Assembly: GCA_963771275.1 (NCBI GenBank)
Contig: CAVYSW010000009.1
Coordinates: 128,001-192,000, forward strand
DNA length: 64,000 bases
Direction: 5' to 3'
Source of the DNA: an uncultured Gemmatimonadales bacterium
GTDB lineage: Bacteria > Gemmatimonadota > Gemmatimonadetes > Gemmatimonadales > GWC2-71-9
In this document: one piece after another, positions 49,906 through 59,900 of the stretch
Position numbering within the stretch: position 1 is the first letter of the stretch
How the letters are laid out: each line of letters begins with the position of its first letter
Translations under genes and position numbers: made by a program
The notes under the pieces: model-generated
Seen by the model: only the letters and a program-made list of their open reading frames with translations
Told to the model about the DNA's origin: nothing
Databases searched by the model: none

Positions 49906-51295
49906 CTACGGGAGGGCGGAGCCCGAATAGAAGAGGTCGCACCGATCTGCTCTTCCCAGGTTCAATGCCCCCCCAATCGCCGATCCGATCGCTCCGAAGA
50001 TCGACTTGGATGCGAGCCCCGGGGCCTGCGGGTGGGCAAAGGAGCCGGTGATCTGCTGTTTCACCTGGGCGCATCCGTGTTGATCGACCGTCGCCACGAA
50101 GAAGTGCTCAAGGCTGTCGTTGACCAAGTTCACAGCGCCCCGAAACGCGACCGTGTTCTTCAGGGTGGAGAAGGCCACGTCTTTGGCCGTGGCGATGCCG
50201 TCCACGATTTCCCATTCGGAAACGAGCGTCCGGATTTCGCTCTCTCCCTGCCCCATTCCGCCGTACAGCCGGGCAAAGTCGGAACCCTTGGTCAGCAGCG
50301 GCCCGAAGGGGCCGGCCACCAGCACGGCGCCCAGGTCGATGAGATTGAACTTCTGGCTCCTGTTGTAGTCCTCGATGAGCTGATCGACGTCCCACCCATG
50401 GATGGATAGGTGCTCGCCCCGAATCGAGATCTGCCCCCGGGTGGTCTTCGTGATTGCGCTCAGATCCTCTCCCACTCCTTGGGCCTCGAGGGAGGCCTGC
50501 ACCGTTCCGGAGAAGTACTGCACCTCCCCGGGAAACACCTGACCGAGATCGATCTGCGGTGCCGCCTGCACGACTTGTATCCGTGGGGACGCTCCTCGCA
50601 TGTCGAGTATCAGGCTGACCGAGCGAACGCGCACCGAACAGCGTTACTGCGGTGGGATCAAGCTGCGCAGGCCGTCCTCGGCCTTGATTCCGCATCTGCA
50701 GATCGGACGCGCGCAGCGTTCCGACTTGCACGGTTGTCGCCTGCAGCGTTCCATGAAGGGAAAGAGACTTGAGCAGAGCTGGGAGCCGCGTTCCCTTACT
50801 CTCTCCCCAGGAGATACCGGACAGACTGATCGCCAGGCCCCCGACTTCGACACGCCTGCCCGAGATCTGATCCAGATAGCTGACTTCCCCGTCTTGAACG
50901 GAGATGGCGCCAATGGCCCGAGGCCGAGGGAGCGCGATGCGCCGCTCGATCCGGATCCGTGGCTTCTTGAGAGTGAGGCGGGCAATGGCAACTTGCCGGC
51001 GGAAGACGAGCGGGATCCATCGCGCTGAAACCTGCAGCTCCTCGGCTGAGAGGATCTCGCTCGTGTCTTTGGTCAGGTGGATGTCCGGCAACGTGAGTCG
51101 GGGGCGCGGAAAGAGCTGCAGAGCGGCCTTGCCCCGGATCTCGAACCTCATGGCCAGCGACTGGGACACCGCTCGTTCGATCGAGGGCTTGTAGCGATCG
51201 ACATCAAGAAACACCTGAACACATACAGCCACGACAAGGACTGCCGCCGCGAGAATCCCCGTTCCGATCAGTGTTCTGCGACCGAGCTTCGTCAT
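49906..51295 (-). pseudogene. AsmA family protein, frameshifted
   Basis: N-part (LDVDRYKPSIERAVS...LQLFPRP) and C-part (50634-49906) lie in different frames; shifts at about 50630-50700. Confidence 0.7.
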
Positions 51296-51380
51296 ATGCC
51301 CTACGGCCCGCGGCCCCCTCGCCCAGCACGGAACTTGGCGCCGATTCCGACACCATGCAACCTGGTGCCCGAGAACGACA

Positions 51381-51654
51381 GCCTCGTAGCGGCATGAGTC
51401 ACTACGTGGCTCAGCCTTACGAGAGCGAGCCCGCAGGACTTGATCCGACTGGTCCGAGCGCCAGCCGGACCGAGGAAACGGCCGCCTCGTAGCGGCATAA
51501 GTCACCCGAGGCTAGTGTTATGAGAGCAGGCCCGGCAGGACTTGACGAAGAGGCCCGAGCACCGCGAGGGCCGTCGCAAGTCTGCCGGGACGCTCAAGCA
51601 AAAGGCCGCGCGGTGCGCGGCCTTTTCTGCTTGAGCAGGCCCGGCAGGACTTGA
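51381..51654. repeat. Tandem ~103-109 bp repeats carrying the tRNA-Trp 3' end
   Basis: GAGCAGGCCCGGCAGGACTTGA at 51633-51654 and 51524-51545, degenerate at 51423-51443; GCCTCGTAGCGGCATRAGTCAC at 51381 and 51484. Confidence 0.8.
51592..51636 (-). terminator. Intrinsic terminator after tRNA-Trp
   Basis: GCTCAAGCA-AAAGGCCGCGC-ggt-GCGCGGCCTTTT-c-TGCTTGAGC inverted repeat. Confidence 0.75.
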
Positions 51655-51708
51655 ACCTGCAACCCCCGGTTTTGGAGACCGGTGCTCTACCAATTGAGCT
51701 ACGGACCT
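51636..51708 (-). tRNA. trnW: tRNA-Trp(CCA)
   Basis: AGGTCCGTAGCTCAATTGGTAGAGCACCGGTCTCCAAAACCGGGGGTTGCAGGTTCAAGTCCTGCCGGGCCTG cloverleaf. Confidence 0.96.
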
Positions 51709-51717
51709 ATAGAAGGC

Positions 51718-51812
51718 TCAACGTCCAATGTTCAATGATCAATGTTCAAGTGGGTTCGGCTTCGGGCCGCTACTTCGACATTGAACATCAGACACTGAAT
51801 ATTGGACATTCA
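51718..51812. repeat. Heptamer repeats CAATGTT with inverted AACATTG-like units in the tRNA spacer
   Basis: Seen directly; the arms are complementary. Confidence 0.7.
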
Positions 51813-51815
51813 CAG

Positions 51816-51890
51816 GGTGGCTGACGGGGATTGAACCCGCAACCTTCGGAGCCACAGTCCGACGCTCTAACCGATTGAGCTACAGCCACC
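51816..51890 (-). tRNA. trnH: tRNA-His(GTG)
   Basis: G-1 and C73 present; anticodon loop CTGTGGC; T-loop TTCAATC. Confidence 0.95.
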
Positions 51891-51927
51891 ATGAAGCACC
51901 GCAACCTAGACCCCCAGTTTGACAGGG

Positions 51928-52608
51928 TCAAGTCGCCGGCCAGAAATCCCGATCGAGGCGCGCAAGTGCTTCCGCATCAGGCACCTGCACCCCATCCAGC
52001 AGGGCGAGCGCCAGCGGGCCCCGCACGGCGTTGACGAGCACCACCGTCTTGCCGTCCAGGGCCGCGCGCGGACTCCGCACCGCCTGCACGGCGAGCCCCG
52101 CTCCCGCCGCCACCTCCGCCAGCCGTGCCCGCCCGACGCTCGGCAGGATCCCGAGCGCGAGGTCCGGCACCTGCAGTCGATCACCATCGAGCCAGGCAAC
52201 CGCGAACCGCGCGGTTTCGGCGACGCAGCCGTCCGCCGCGAGCAGCAGCGGCTCATCGGCCCCGGCCGCCTCGGCCTGAGCCAGCACCCGATCGAACACG
52301 TCCCGGCCGACGCTCTTCACCCGGTAGCCCGGATGGGGCTCGGCCACCGTCACGACCCGAACCGGGGCCGCTTCCGGCACGGGACGATCACTCCACGCCA
52401 CCTCCTGCCCATCCCACTCGAGACGCAGCACGTGATCGCCCGGGCGCTCACGCGCCCACGTCAGCACCACCATGCCGAGCGACTCGGGCGGCGGTGCCAG
52501 GCCGACGCTGCGCGACGCCTCATGCAGCCGCCGCATGTGCCCTGCCAGCAGCGGCACCGCTCCGTCCCGCACGCGCAGCGTCTCGAACAACGCGGGTGGC
52601 CTGGTCAC
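51928..52608 (-). CDS. pabC: Aminotransferase class IV (4-amino-4-deoxychorismate lyase-like)
   Basis: LFETLRV, HMRRL, YRVKS, VAETA, GILPSVGR, LVNAVRG; GTGA-coupled to the pabB-like gene. Confidence 0.75.
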   Translation of the reverse strand: MTRPPALFETLRVRDGAVPLLAGHMRRLHEASRSVGLAPPPESLGMVVLTWARERPGDHVLRLEWDGQEVAWSDRPVPEAAPVRVVTVAEPHPGYRVKSVGRDVFDRVLAQAEAAGADEPLLLAADGCVAETARFAVAWLDGDRLQVPDLALGILPSVGRARLAEVAAGAGLAVQAVRSPRAALDGKTVVLVNAVRGPLALALLDGVQVPDAEALARLDRDFWPAT

Positions 52609-53846
52609 CCGGGCACTCCCAGCGCCAGCCGCATCGCCGTCCCCTTTCGTAGACTCTCGCGCCATTCGCGTGCCGGGTCCGAGTCCCACACGATGCCCGC
52701 CCCTGCCTGCACACACGCGACGCCGTCGCTGAACAGCGCGGAGCGGATCAGGATGTTGAGTTGGCCCTCGCCATTCCCGAGCCAGCCCAGTCCGCCGGTG
52801 TAGGCGCCGCGTGCGACGGGCTCCAGGTCGGCGATGACCTCCATCGCCCGGATCTTCGGCGTCCCGGTGATGGTGCCACCGGGAAACAGCGCGGCGACCG
52901 CATGGCCGGGGGTGAGGTCCGGCCGGAGGCGGCCCACAACCTCACTCACCAGATGATACACGTGCGAATACTCCTCGATCACTTCCCGCTCCGCCACCCG
53001 CACGCTGCCGAACCGCGCCACGCGACCCACGTCGTTCCGCGCGAGGTCGACCAGCATCCGGTGCTCGGCCTGCTCCTTGGCGTCAAGCGCCAGCTCCGCA
53101 CGCATCGCGGCGTCGCGACCGGGCTCGCCGGTCTTCTTCCGGGTCCCCGCGATCGGCCGTGTCCGGATCGCGCCGTCGCGGCGGAGCTCGACGAGCAGCT
53201 CCGGCGAGCCGCTCACGATCTGCCAGTCGCCGAAGTCCGCGAACCCCATCCAGGGCGACGGGTTGATACGTCTCAGGCGACGATACACGGTCCACGCCGG
53301 CTCGACCGGCGCAAACCGCTCCGCCACCGTAAGGTTCACCTGATACACGTCGCCCGCCACGATATGGCGCTTGATGCGGGCCACGGCCCCCCCGAACTCG
53401 AGCTCGTCGAAGCTGCGGCCGACCAGCGGCGGAACGAGCGGCCCATCCCTCTCCTCCCCTGCCGCCTCTGCCGCCCCTGCCGCTCCTGCCGCTCCTGGCG
53501 CTCCTGCCGCCTCCAGGACCGCGAGGCTCCCCGACTCGACCGTTCCCGTTCCGAGATCAGCGATCAGCTCGTGTTCCGGCTCGAACAGATCGGCGAGCGG
53601 CTGGCGCAGTGCGGGATCGGCGCGGCGCGCGTGTGGCGGGAGGCCGAGGTCGTAGGCAATCACGCCGTACAGGCGCCGGTCCGACGGCAGGTCGGTGAGC
53701 CAGTCCAGGCGCCCAACGGCGCCGGCCGTCCATTCCAGGCGGTAGCGCCGGCGTGCGCCCCACGCGATCCGCGCCCGGCCGGCGCGCCCGAGACCGTCCT
53801 CGAGCAGCACCACCGGGCGCGGCAGCGCCGGCACGGCGGCCAGCAC
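52605..53846 (-). CDS. pabB: Chorismate-binding enzyme (aminodeoxychorismate synthase I / anthranilate synthase I family)
   Basis: GDVYQVNL, SGSPELL, TRPIAGTR, EHRMLVDLARNDVG, FPGGTITGTPK, AGAGIVWDS. Confidence 0.85.
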   Translation of the reverse strand: MLAAVPALPRPVVLLEDGLGRAGRARIAWGARRRYRLEWTAGAVGRLDWLTDLPSDRRLYGVIAYDLGLPPHARRADPALRQPLADLFEPEHELIADLGTGTVESGSLAVLEAAGAPGAAGAAGAAEAAGEERDGPLVPPLVGRSFDELEFGGAVARIKRHIVAGDVYQVNLTVAERFAPVEPAWTVYRRLRRINPSPWMGFADFGDWQIVSGSPELLVELRRDGAIRTRPIAGTRKKTGEPGRDAAMRAELALDAKEQAEHRMLVDLARNDVGRVARFGSVRVAEREVIEEYSHVYHLVSEVVGRLRPDLTPGHAVAALFPGGTITGTPKIRAMEVIADLEPVARGAYTGGLGWLGNGEGQLNILIRSALFSDGVACVQAGAGIVWDSDPAREWRESLRKGTAMRLALGVPG

Positions 53847-53869
53847 GAGGTTGAGCAGCGCGGTGCCGG

Positions 53870-54616
53870 TCAGCGCTGCGTCGCCTGCTCCGCCACCGCC
53901 TTCTGCGCGGCGGCCACGGCGGCGGGGTCACCGAGGTAGCAGTGCCGGATGGGGCGCAGGTCCCCGTTCAGCTCGTAGACGAGCGGGACACCCGTCGGAA
54001 TGTTGAGCCCGACGATCTCGTCTTCGGAGATGTCGTCGAGGTGTTTCACCAACGCGCGGAGGCTGTTGCCGTGCGCGGCGATCAGCACGCGCCTCCCTGC
54101 TTGCACCGCGGGCCCGATCGTCCCGTTCCAGTACGGCAGGAACCGCCCAACCGTGTCCTTCAGCGCTTCCGTGAGCGGGACCTCGGCTCGGGGCACGTCG
54201 CCGTATCGCGGATCCCGTCCGGGGTAGCGCTCGTCGTCCGGCGTCAGCGCCGGCGGCCGGATGGCGTAGCTCCGCCGCCAGAGCTTCACCTGCTGCTCGC
54301 CGTGCCGCTCGGCCATCTCCGCCTTGTTCAAGCCCTGCAGCGCTCCATAGTGGCGCTCGTTCAGCCGCCAGCTCCGGATCACGGGGATCCACATCAGGTC
54401 CATGTCGTCCAGCACGATCCACAGCGTCCGGATCGCCCGCTTGAGGACCGACGTGTACGCCAGGTCGAACGCGTAGCCCCCTTCCTTCAGGAGCCGCGCG
54501 GCTTCGTGGGCCTCCGCCACGCCTTTGTCGGACAGATCGACGTCGGTCCATCCCGTGAACCGGTTTTCCTTGTTCCAGGTGCTTTCGCCGTGACGCAGCA
54601 GCACGACCGTGTACAT
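53870..54616 (-). CDS. gpmA: 2,3-bisphosphoglycerate-dependent phosphoglycerate mutase
   Basis: [42 protein letters not shown]. Confidence 0.97.
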   Translation of the reverse strand: MYTVVLLRHGESTWNKENRFTGWTDVDLSDKGVAEAHEAARLLKEGGYAFDLAYTSVLKRAIRTLWIVLDDMDLMWIPVIRSWRLNERHYGALQGLNKAEMAERHGEQQVKLWRRSYAIRPPALTPDDERYPGRDPRYGDVPRAEVPLTEALKDTVGRFLPYWNGTIGPAVQAGRRVLIAAHGNSLRALVKHLDDISEDEIVGLNIPTGVPLVYELNGDLRPIRHCYLGDPAAVAAAQKAVAEQATQR

Positions 54617-54831
54617 GAGGATTCCCGTCGTGTATTGGGGAGTCGTTCCTCAGGAACGTAGGGCTTCCAGCCGCGGGTGCAAGGCGGGACGTGTCGCCCC
54701 CCCATCCATCCCCCCCATCGCGCTTACAACCATTCGCCCGGTCATAGTGTCTACTCCTCCGAACCCCGACGCCGCCCGGCATCGTAGGATCACCAACGGC
54801 AGGCTGGGCACCGTATCTCAGGGGAGCCTCG

Positions 54832-57504
54832 ATGCACCGGTCCATTCCGATTCCCGCGCTCCTGGCCTCTGCCCTTGTGGCGGGTGCGGCCCCGCGCGGC
54901 ATCGCCCAGCAGCAACACAGCGCGACCGTTCACGCGGAGCCGCCCAAGCCCGCCGTCGCCTTCCGCATTCCGGCCGGCGGGATCGTGCTGGACGGCCGTT
55001 TGGACGAGCCGGCGTGGCTCACGGCGACGCCGATCACGGACTTCGTGCAGCACGATCCTCACGAGGGACAGCCGGTGACGGAACGCACCGAGGCCCGGGT
55101 GCTCTACACCGATGCCGCGATCTACGTCGGAGTCCGCGCGTTCGACTCGCACGCCGATGCGATCAGGGGTCAACTGACGCGGCGCGACGAGGACTCGCCC
55201 AGCGACTGGATCCTGGTCGCGATCGATTCCTACCACGATCGCCGGACCGCGTTCACCTTCTGGGTGAATCCGGCGGGCGTGAAGCGCGACGTCTACCTGT
55301 ATGACGACACGAACGAGGATGACTCGTGGAACGCGGTCTGGGACGCCGCGACGTCGCGCGACTCGCTCGGCTGGACCGCCGAGTTCGAAATTCCGCTGAG
55401 TCAGCTCCGATTCTCCAAAGGCGACGGGCACGCGTTCGGGTTCAATGTCGTGCGGACCATCAGCCGGCTCAACGAGGAGCAGCACTGGCGGCTCATCCCG
55501 AAGAACCAGTCAGGCGTCGTCTCGAAGTTCGGCGACCTCGTGGGAATCACCGGGATCCGGCCGCCCCGGCGGCTGGAGGTGCAGCCCTACGCCGTGGCGC
55601 AAGCCTCCCGCTTCCCCGCGGAGGCGGGCAACCCGTTCGCCACCGGCCGGGCCAGCACCGCCCGAGTCGGGGGCGATCTCCTGTACGGCCTCACGTCCAA
55701 CCTCACCCTGACCGCGACCATCAACCCGGACTTCGGCCAGGTCGAGGCCGATCCGGCGGTCGTGAACCTCTCCGCCTTCGAGACTTTCTACCAGGAGAAG
55801 CGGCCGTTCTTCACCGAGGGACTCGACGTGTTCCGCTTCAACATCGGGCTGGGCGACGGTGACGGCGGCCAGGAGGAGCTGTTCTACACCCGGCGCATCG
55901 GCCGGGCGCCGCAGGGCGAGGCGGACCCGCGCGGCGGCTACGCCGAAACCGTGGGCCAGACCACGATTCTGGGCGCGGGCAAGCTGTCGGGGAAGACGGC
56001 CGGTGGCTGGACCCTCGGCTTCCTCGGCGCGCTCACCGGCGCGCAGACGGCGCAGGCGGTGGATTCCGCCGGCGCGCGGCACGCCGATGTCATCGAGCCG
56101 AGCACGACGTACCTCGTGAGCCGGGTGGCCCGCGACTTCCGGAACGGCCAGACCGTGCTCGGCCTGTTCGGCACCGGCACGATCCGCAATCTGCCGGCCG
56201 ACGGCAGCCTCGCCTTTCTGCGCAGCAGCGCCTTCGCCCTCGGCACCAACTGGGAGCACCGCTTCCGCCACGACACCTACCGCTTCCGTGGCTGGGTCGC
56301 CGGGAGCAGCGTCTACGGCTCCGCGGGGGCCATCGACGAGACGCAGCGGTCGTCGGCGCGCTACTACCAGCGGCCGGACAACGACTACGTGACGTACGAC
56401 CCGACGCGCACGTCGCTCCAGGGGTTCGCCGGCCAGATCGAGTTCGGCAAGATCGGCGGCGGCAGCTACAGCTTCCTGGCGGCGCTCGACACCCGCTCCC
56501 CGGGATTCGAGGTGAACGACATCGGCTTCGAGCGCCAGGCGGACCGGACGGTTCAGGTGCTCTGGGGCCAGCGGCGCTGGACCACGCCCGGCACGGTGTT
56601 CCGGGATGTGCGCATCAACCTCAACCAGTGGGCCGGCTGGACCTACGGGTGGGACGACACCGGGGTGGGCGGCAACGTGAACGCCCACTTCACCTTCCTC
56701 AACTATTGGAGCACCGGCTTTGGCGTGAACCGCAACTTCGCCGGGCTTTCCACCGGCTCGCTGCGCGGCGGCCCGGCGATCATCGAGCCAAGCAACTGGA
56801 ACGGCTGGGGCTACCTCGAGACCGACTCGCGCAAGACGATCCGCCTCAGCATCAACGGATGGGGCTGGACGCAGCCGGCTTCCGGGAGCAGCTCGCTCGG
56901 CGCCTCCGTGAATCTCCGGTGGCGGCCGCTCACCAACCTCGACCTCACGGCTTCGCCGACCGTGGACAAGACGCATGACAACTGGCAGTACGTCGATGCC
57001 CCGAGCGCCCTGGGCACCACGCACTACGTGTTCGCCGACCTCCGCCAGACCACGGTGGGGATGCAGTTCCGCGGCAACCTGACGTTCCTGCCGACCCTCT
57101 CGCTCCAGCTCTACGTCGAGCCGTTCATCGCCACCGGGGGGTACGGCGGCTACAAGGAGGTCGCGCATCCGCGCGCCGCCGAGTACGCCGACCGGTTCGC
57201 GCTATACGCCGCCAATCAGCTCGGCACCGACGCCGACGGCAACGTGCTGGTGGACCTGAACCGCGACGGCGGCACGGACTTCGTCCTGGACAATCCGAAT
57301 TTCCGCTACCTGTCGCTCCGCGGGAACGCGGTGCTGCGCTGGGAGTACCGCCGCGGCTCGACGCTGTTCCTCGTCTGGCAGCACGGCCGGGAGGACTCCA
57401 ACCACCAGGGCACCTTCAGCCTGCGGCAGGGACTCGACCAGCTGTTCGCCGCCCCGGCCACGAACACGCTGCTCGTGAAGCTCAACTACTGGCTGAGTCT
57501 CTAG
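54832..57504 (+). CDS. CBM9-like + DUF5916 outer-membrane protein
   Basis: LDGRLDEPAW, GWTAEFEIP, TINPDFGQVEAD, EKRPFF, LFYTRRIG; C-terminal KLNYWLSL. Confidence 0.88.
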   Translation: MHRSIPIPALLASALVAGAAPRGIAQQQHSATVHAEPPKPAVAFRIPAGGIVLDGRLDEPAWLTATPITDFVQHDPHEGQPVTERTEARVLYTDAAIYVGVRAFDSHADAIRGQLTRRDEDSPSDWILVAIDSYHDRRTAFTFWVNPAGVKRDVYLYDDTNEDDSWNAVWDAATSRDSLGWTAEFEIPLSQLRFSKGDGHAFGFNVVRTISRLNEEQHWRLIPKNQSGVVSKFGDLVGITGIRPPRRLEVQPYAVAQASRFPAEAGNPFATGRASTARVGGDLLYGLTSNLTLTATINPDFGQVEADPAVVNLSAFETFYQEKRPFFTEGLDVFRFNIGLGDGDGGQEELFYTRRIGRAPQGEADPRGGYAETVGQTTILGAGKLSGKTAGGWTLGFLGALTGAQTAQAVDSAGARHADVIEPSTTYLVSRVARDFRNGQTVLGLFGTGTIRNLPADGSLAFLRSSAFALGTNWEHRFRHDTYRFRGWVAGSSVYGSAGAIDETQRSSARYYQRPDNDYVTYDPTRTSLQGFAGQIEFGKIGGGSYSFLAALDTRSPGFEVNDIGFERQADRTVQVLWGQRRWTTPGTVFRDVRINLNQWAGWTYGWDDTGVGGNVNAHFTFLNYWSTGFGVNRNFAGLSTGSLRGGPAIIEPSNWNGWGYLETDSRKTIRLSINGWGWTQPASGSSSLGASVNLRWRPLTNLDLTASPTVDKTHDNWQYVDAPSALGTTHYVFADLRQTTVGMQFRGNLTFLPTLSLQLYVEPFIATGGYGGYKEVAHPRAAEYADRFALYAANQLGTDADGNVLVDLNRDGGTDFVLDNPNFRYLSLRGNAVLRWEYRRGSTLFLVWQHGREDSNHQGTFSLRQGLDQLFAAPATNTLLVKLNYWLSL
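57189..57502 (+). repeat. 314-bp direct repeat, copy 1
   Basis: Identical by eye to 62485-62798. Confidence 0.9.
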
Positions 57505-57535
57505 CTCGCGTCTCGGGCCCTGGTTCCTCCTCGCG

Positions 57536-58290
57536 TCACGGGCGATAGAGCCATGCCGCTCCACTGACGTTCTCGCCGACACCGTAGCCGCCGGTGATCA
57601 GCACGCTCCCGTCCCACAGACGCGTCGCGGTCGCGAACAGCCGGGACAGCATCCCCGACCCGAGGTCACCCGGCACGGTGCTGAAGCGGCCGCGCCGCGG
57701 CCCGTACAGCACCGCGTTGCGCGCCCCGCCCGCGATCAGCACGCCGCCGTTCAGCAGGAGCACCGACGTGCCGACGTGCTTGTAGCGCACCGTCGGCATG
57801 TCGCCGGTGGCCGTGAAGGTCCCGGTCGACGGCTGGTAGATCTCCGCGCTGGCGTAGGCCGCGGCGTCATCGCGCTCGTCCGAGCCGCCGGTCACGAGCA
57901 CGCGCCCATCAGCCAGCAGCACGGCGTCATGCTTGTGGCGCCGCACGGTCATCGAGCCGGTGGCGGCGAACGTTCCGGTCCGGGGATTGTACAGCTCGGC
58001 GCTGGCGAGGAACGTCCAGCCGGTGCCGAGCCGCCCGCCAGCAGGACCCTTCCGTCGTCGAGCAGGACCGCGACGTGGTCCATGCGCGGCGTCGTGAGCG
58101 ACCCCGTGGGGGTGAACCTGCCCGTGGACGGGTCGTACAGCTCGGCCGTGGCGGTGTACGTGTTCTCTCCCCGCCCGAATCCCCCCACCACGAGCACGCG
58201 CCCCTCCGGCAACGCGGCGGCGGCATGCGCCGCACGCTCCGCGTGCTTGACGTGAACCGGGCGGATCGCGCCGACTCCGCCCGCGGCCGC
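57536..58290 (-). pseudogene. Kelch-repeat protein, frameshifted
   Basis: Repeats of R..H.A.LL.DGRVL..GG...AELYDP split across frames near 58030. Confidence 0.75.
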
Positions 58291-58508
58291 ACCGATCAGC
58301 GACTCACCGCAGACGATCACGCGAACACGCCCGTGCCACGTGCTCGCACAGGTTGCGCCTCTCACGGCACCGACCCGTGCCGTCGACGGCCGCTCGTCCA
58401 TGGCCCGCCCTCCGCATCGGTCTTCGCCATCCGTCGCTCATTAGTGACGAGCGAGCCGCGCGTTTCCTTCCCCAGGCCGGAGACCGCGCGCAGGTTGCCG
58501 CGGGCCGG

Positions 58509-59792
58509 CTACCGTCGGATCGTGGCGCCGGCGAGCTGGGCGACCGCCGCGAGCGTGGTCTGCGCCGCATTCAGCCCGAGCAGGAAGTCCTTGTCGGAGT
58601 ACGTGGCGTAGACGTCGGTCGGCTGATGCCACTGGGGATCCCAGCCCGTGCCGATCTGCGCCAGGCGCTCGTTCTCGCGGAGACTGATGGCCGGCACGAG
58701 GTCCTGGAACGGCTGCGAGTCGGTGTTGCTCATCCGGTTCCCCACGGCGGCGGGGTAGTCCGTGGCGTAACGGTCGTTGGCGGCGCGGAACAGCCAGGCC
58801 AGCCGCTCGGACTCGGCCGCGAGCGTGGAGCCGCCCGCGAATTCGACGTTGACGTCGGCCTCCCGCCGCTGCTCCGGGCTCACGACCCCGTCGGGGCCGG
58901 GCATCCCGTGATCGAACAGCATCATGTCGTGCTGGATCATGCCCAGCCACCTGGGCTCGGGATACCGCCCCGAGCCGGGAGGATCCTCCTTGCCCTGGAG
59001 GTCCTTGCGCTGCTCGACGTACGCCCGGCTGCCGTTGAGCCCGGTCTCCTCGTTGTTCCACAGGACGAACCGGATGGAGCGCTCGGTCTGCACGCCGGGC
59101 GCGCTGAGCACGCGGGCCAGCTCCATCACCAGCGCCGTGCCCGACCCATCGTCGTTGGCCGCCGCCCCGTAGCCGTGGCCGTCCATGTGGGCGCCGACGA
59201 TGTACATCTCGTCCGGGCGGGTCGCGCCGACCTTGGTGCAGTACACCTCTTCGCGGGCACCGGGCGTATCGGGCTGGGCGTCGATCTCCCGGAGCTGCGG
59301 GTCGGGCTGTCGCGTGGGATCCATGTTGACGCCCGTAGGGCCGCGGTTGCCCTTCGCGGGCCGGCGGGCCCGGCCTGCGGAGGCGGGGCGCGGGCGTGGA
59401 CCGGCCGCCGAATCGCCGCCCGCCCTCCACACCTGCCGCCCGGTGTACTCGTAGCGAATCCGCCCGGTCTCGGTACAGCCGTAGCCCCTCAGCTGCGCCT
59501 CGATCCAGTCGCTCGCCGCCCGGTTCCGGTCGGTCCCCTGGCGCCGGTCGCCGAACCGCGTCAGGCCCTCGATGGTGGTCTTGTACCGCTCGAGGTCGAG
59601 CCGGGCGACGAGCGCCTGCACGGGATCGTCGGCCTGGGTGGCGGACGAATCCCGGCCCGTCGCCCGAGGCGGAGACGCGCCGGCTGCCTGGCCGGGCAGC
59701 ATGGAGGGGAATCCGACCGCGACGGTGCAGGCCGCGGCGAAGAGCACCGGCGAGCGCACGTTGGTCCTCCGGATCGATGGGATGGCGCGCAT
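58509..59792 (-). CDS. M28 family peptidase
   Basis: VGAHMDG, AANDDGSG, NNEETGLNGS, QHDMM, NTDS, PQWH; start uncertain. Confidence 0.85.
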   Translation of the reverse strand: MRAIPSIRRTNVRSPVLFAAACTVAVGFPSMLPGQAAGASPPRATGRDSSATQADDPVQALVARLDLERYKTTIEGLTRFGDRRQGTDRNRAASDWIEAQLRGYGCTETGRIRYEYTGRQVWRAGGDSAAGPRPRPASAGRARRPAKGNRGPTGVNMDPTRQPDPQLREIDAQPDTPGAREEVYCTKVGATRPDEMYIVGAHMDGHGYGAAANDDGSGTALVMELARVLSAPGVQTERSIRFVLWNNEETGLNGSRAYVEQRKDLQGKEDPPGSGRYPEPRWLGMIQHDMMLFDHGMPGPDGVVSPEQRREADVNVEFAGGSTLAAESERLAWLFRAANDRYATDYPAAVGNRMSNTDSQPFQDLVPAISLRENERLAQIGTGWDPQWHQPTDVYATYSDKDFLLGLNAAQTTLAAVAQLAGATIRR

Positions 59793-59900
59793 GCTGGAGA
59801 GCGCCGCCCGTAAAGTGCATGCTGGCCGCGACCTGCGGTAGGTCTTAGGCCGCAGGAGGTAGTGAAGCGCGGTAGTCGGCTGGTCGACTCAACCCGCTCC

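Noticed and set aside
51381..51654. CRISPR array
   Set aside because: Only 2-3 degenerate units derived from a tRNA 3' end, and no cas genes; the heptamer arrays also lack spacers
53451..53515. 9-bp tandem repeat inside the pabB-like gene as a phase-variation tract
   Set aside because: In-frame, degenerate Ala/Gly linker; unit changes would not shift the frame
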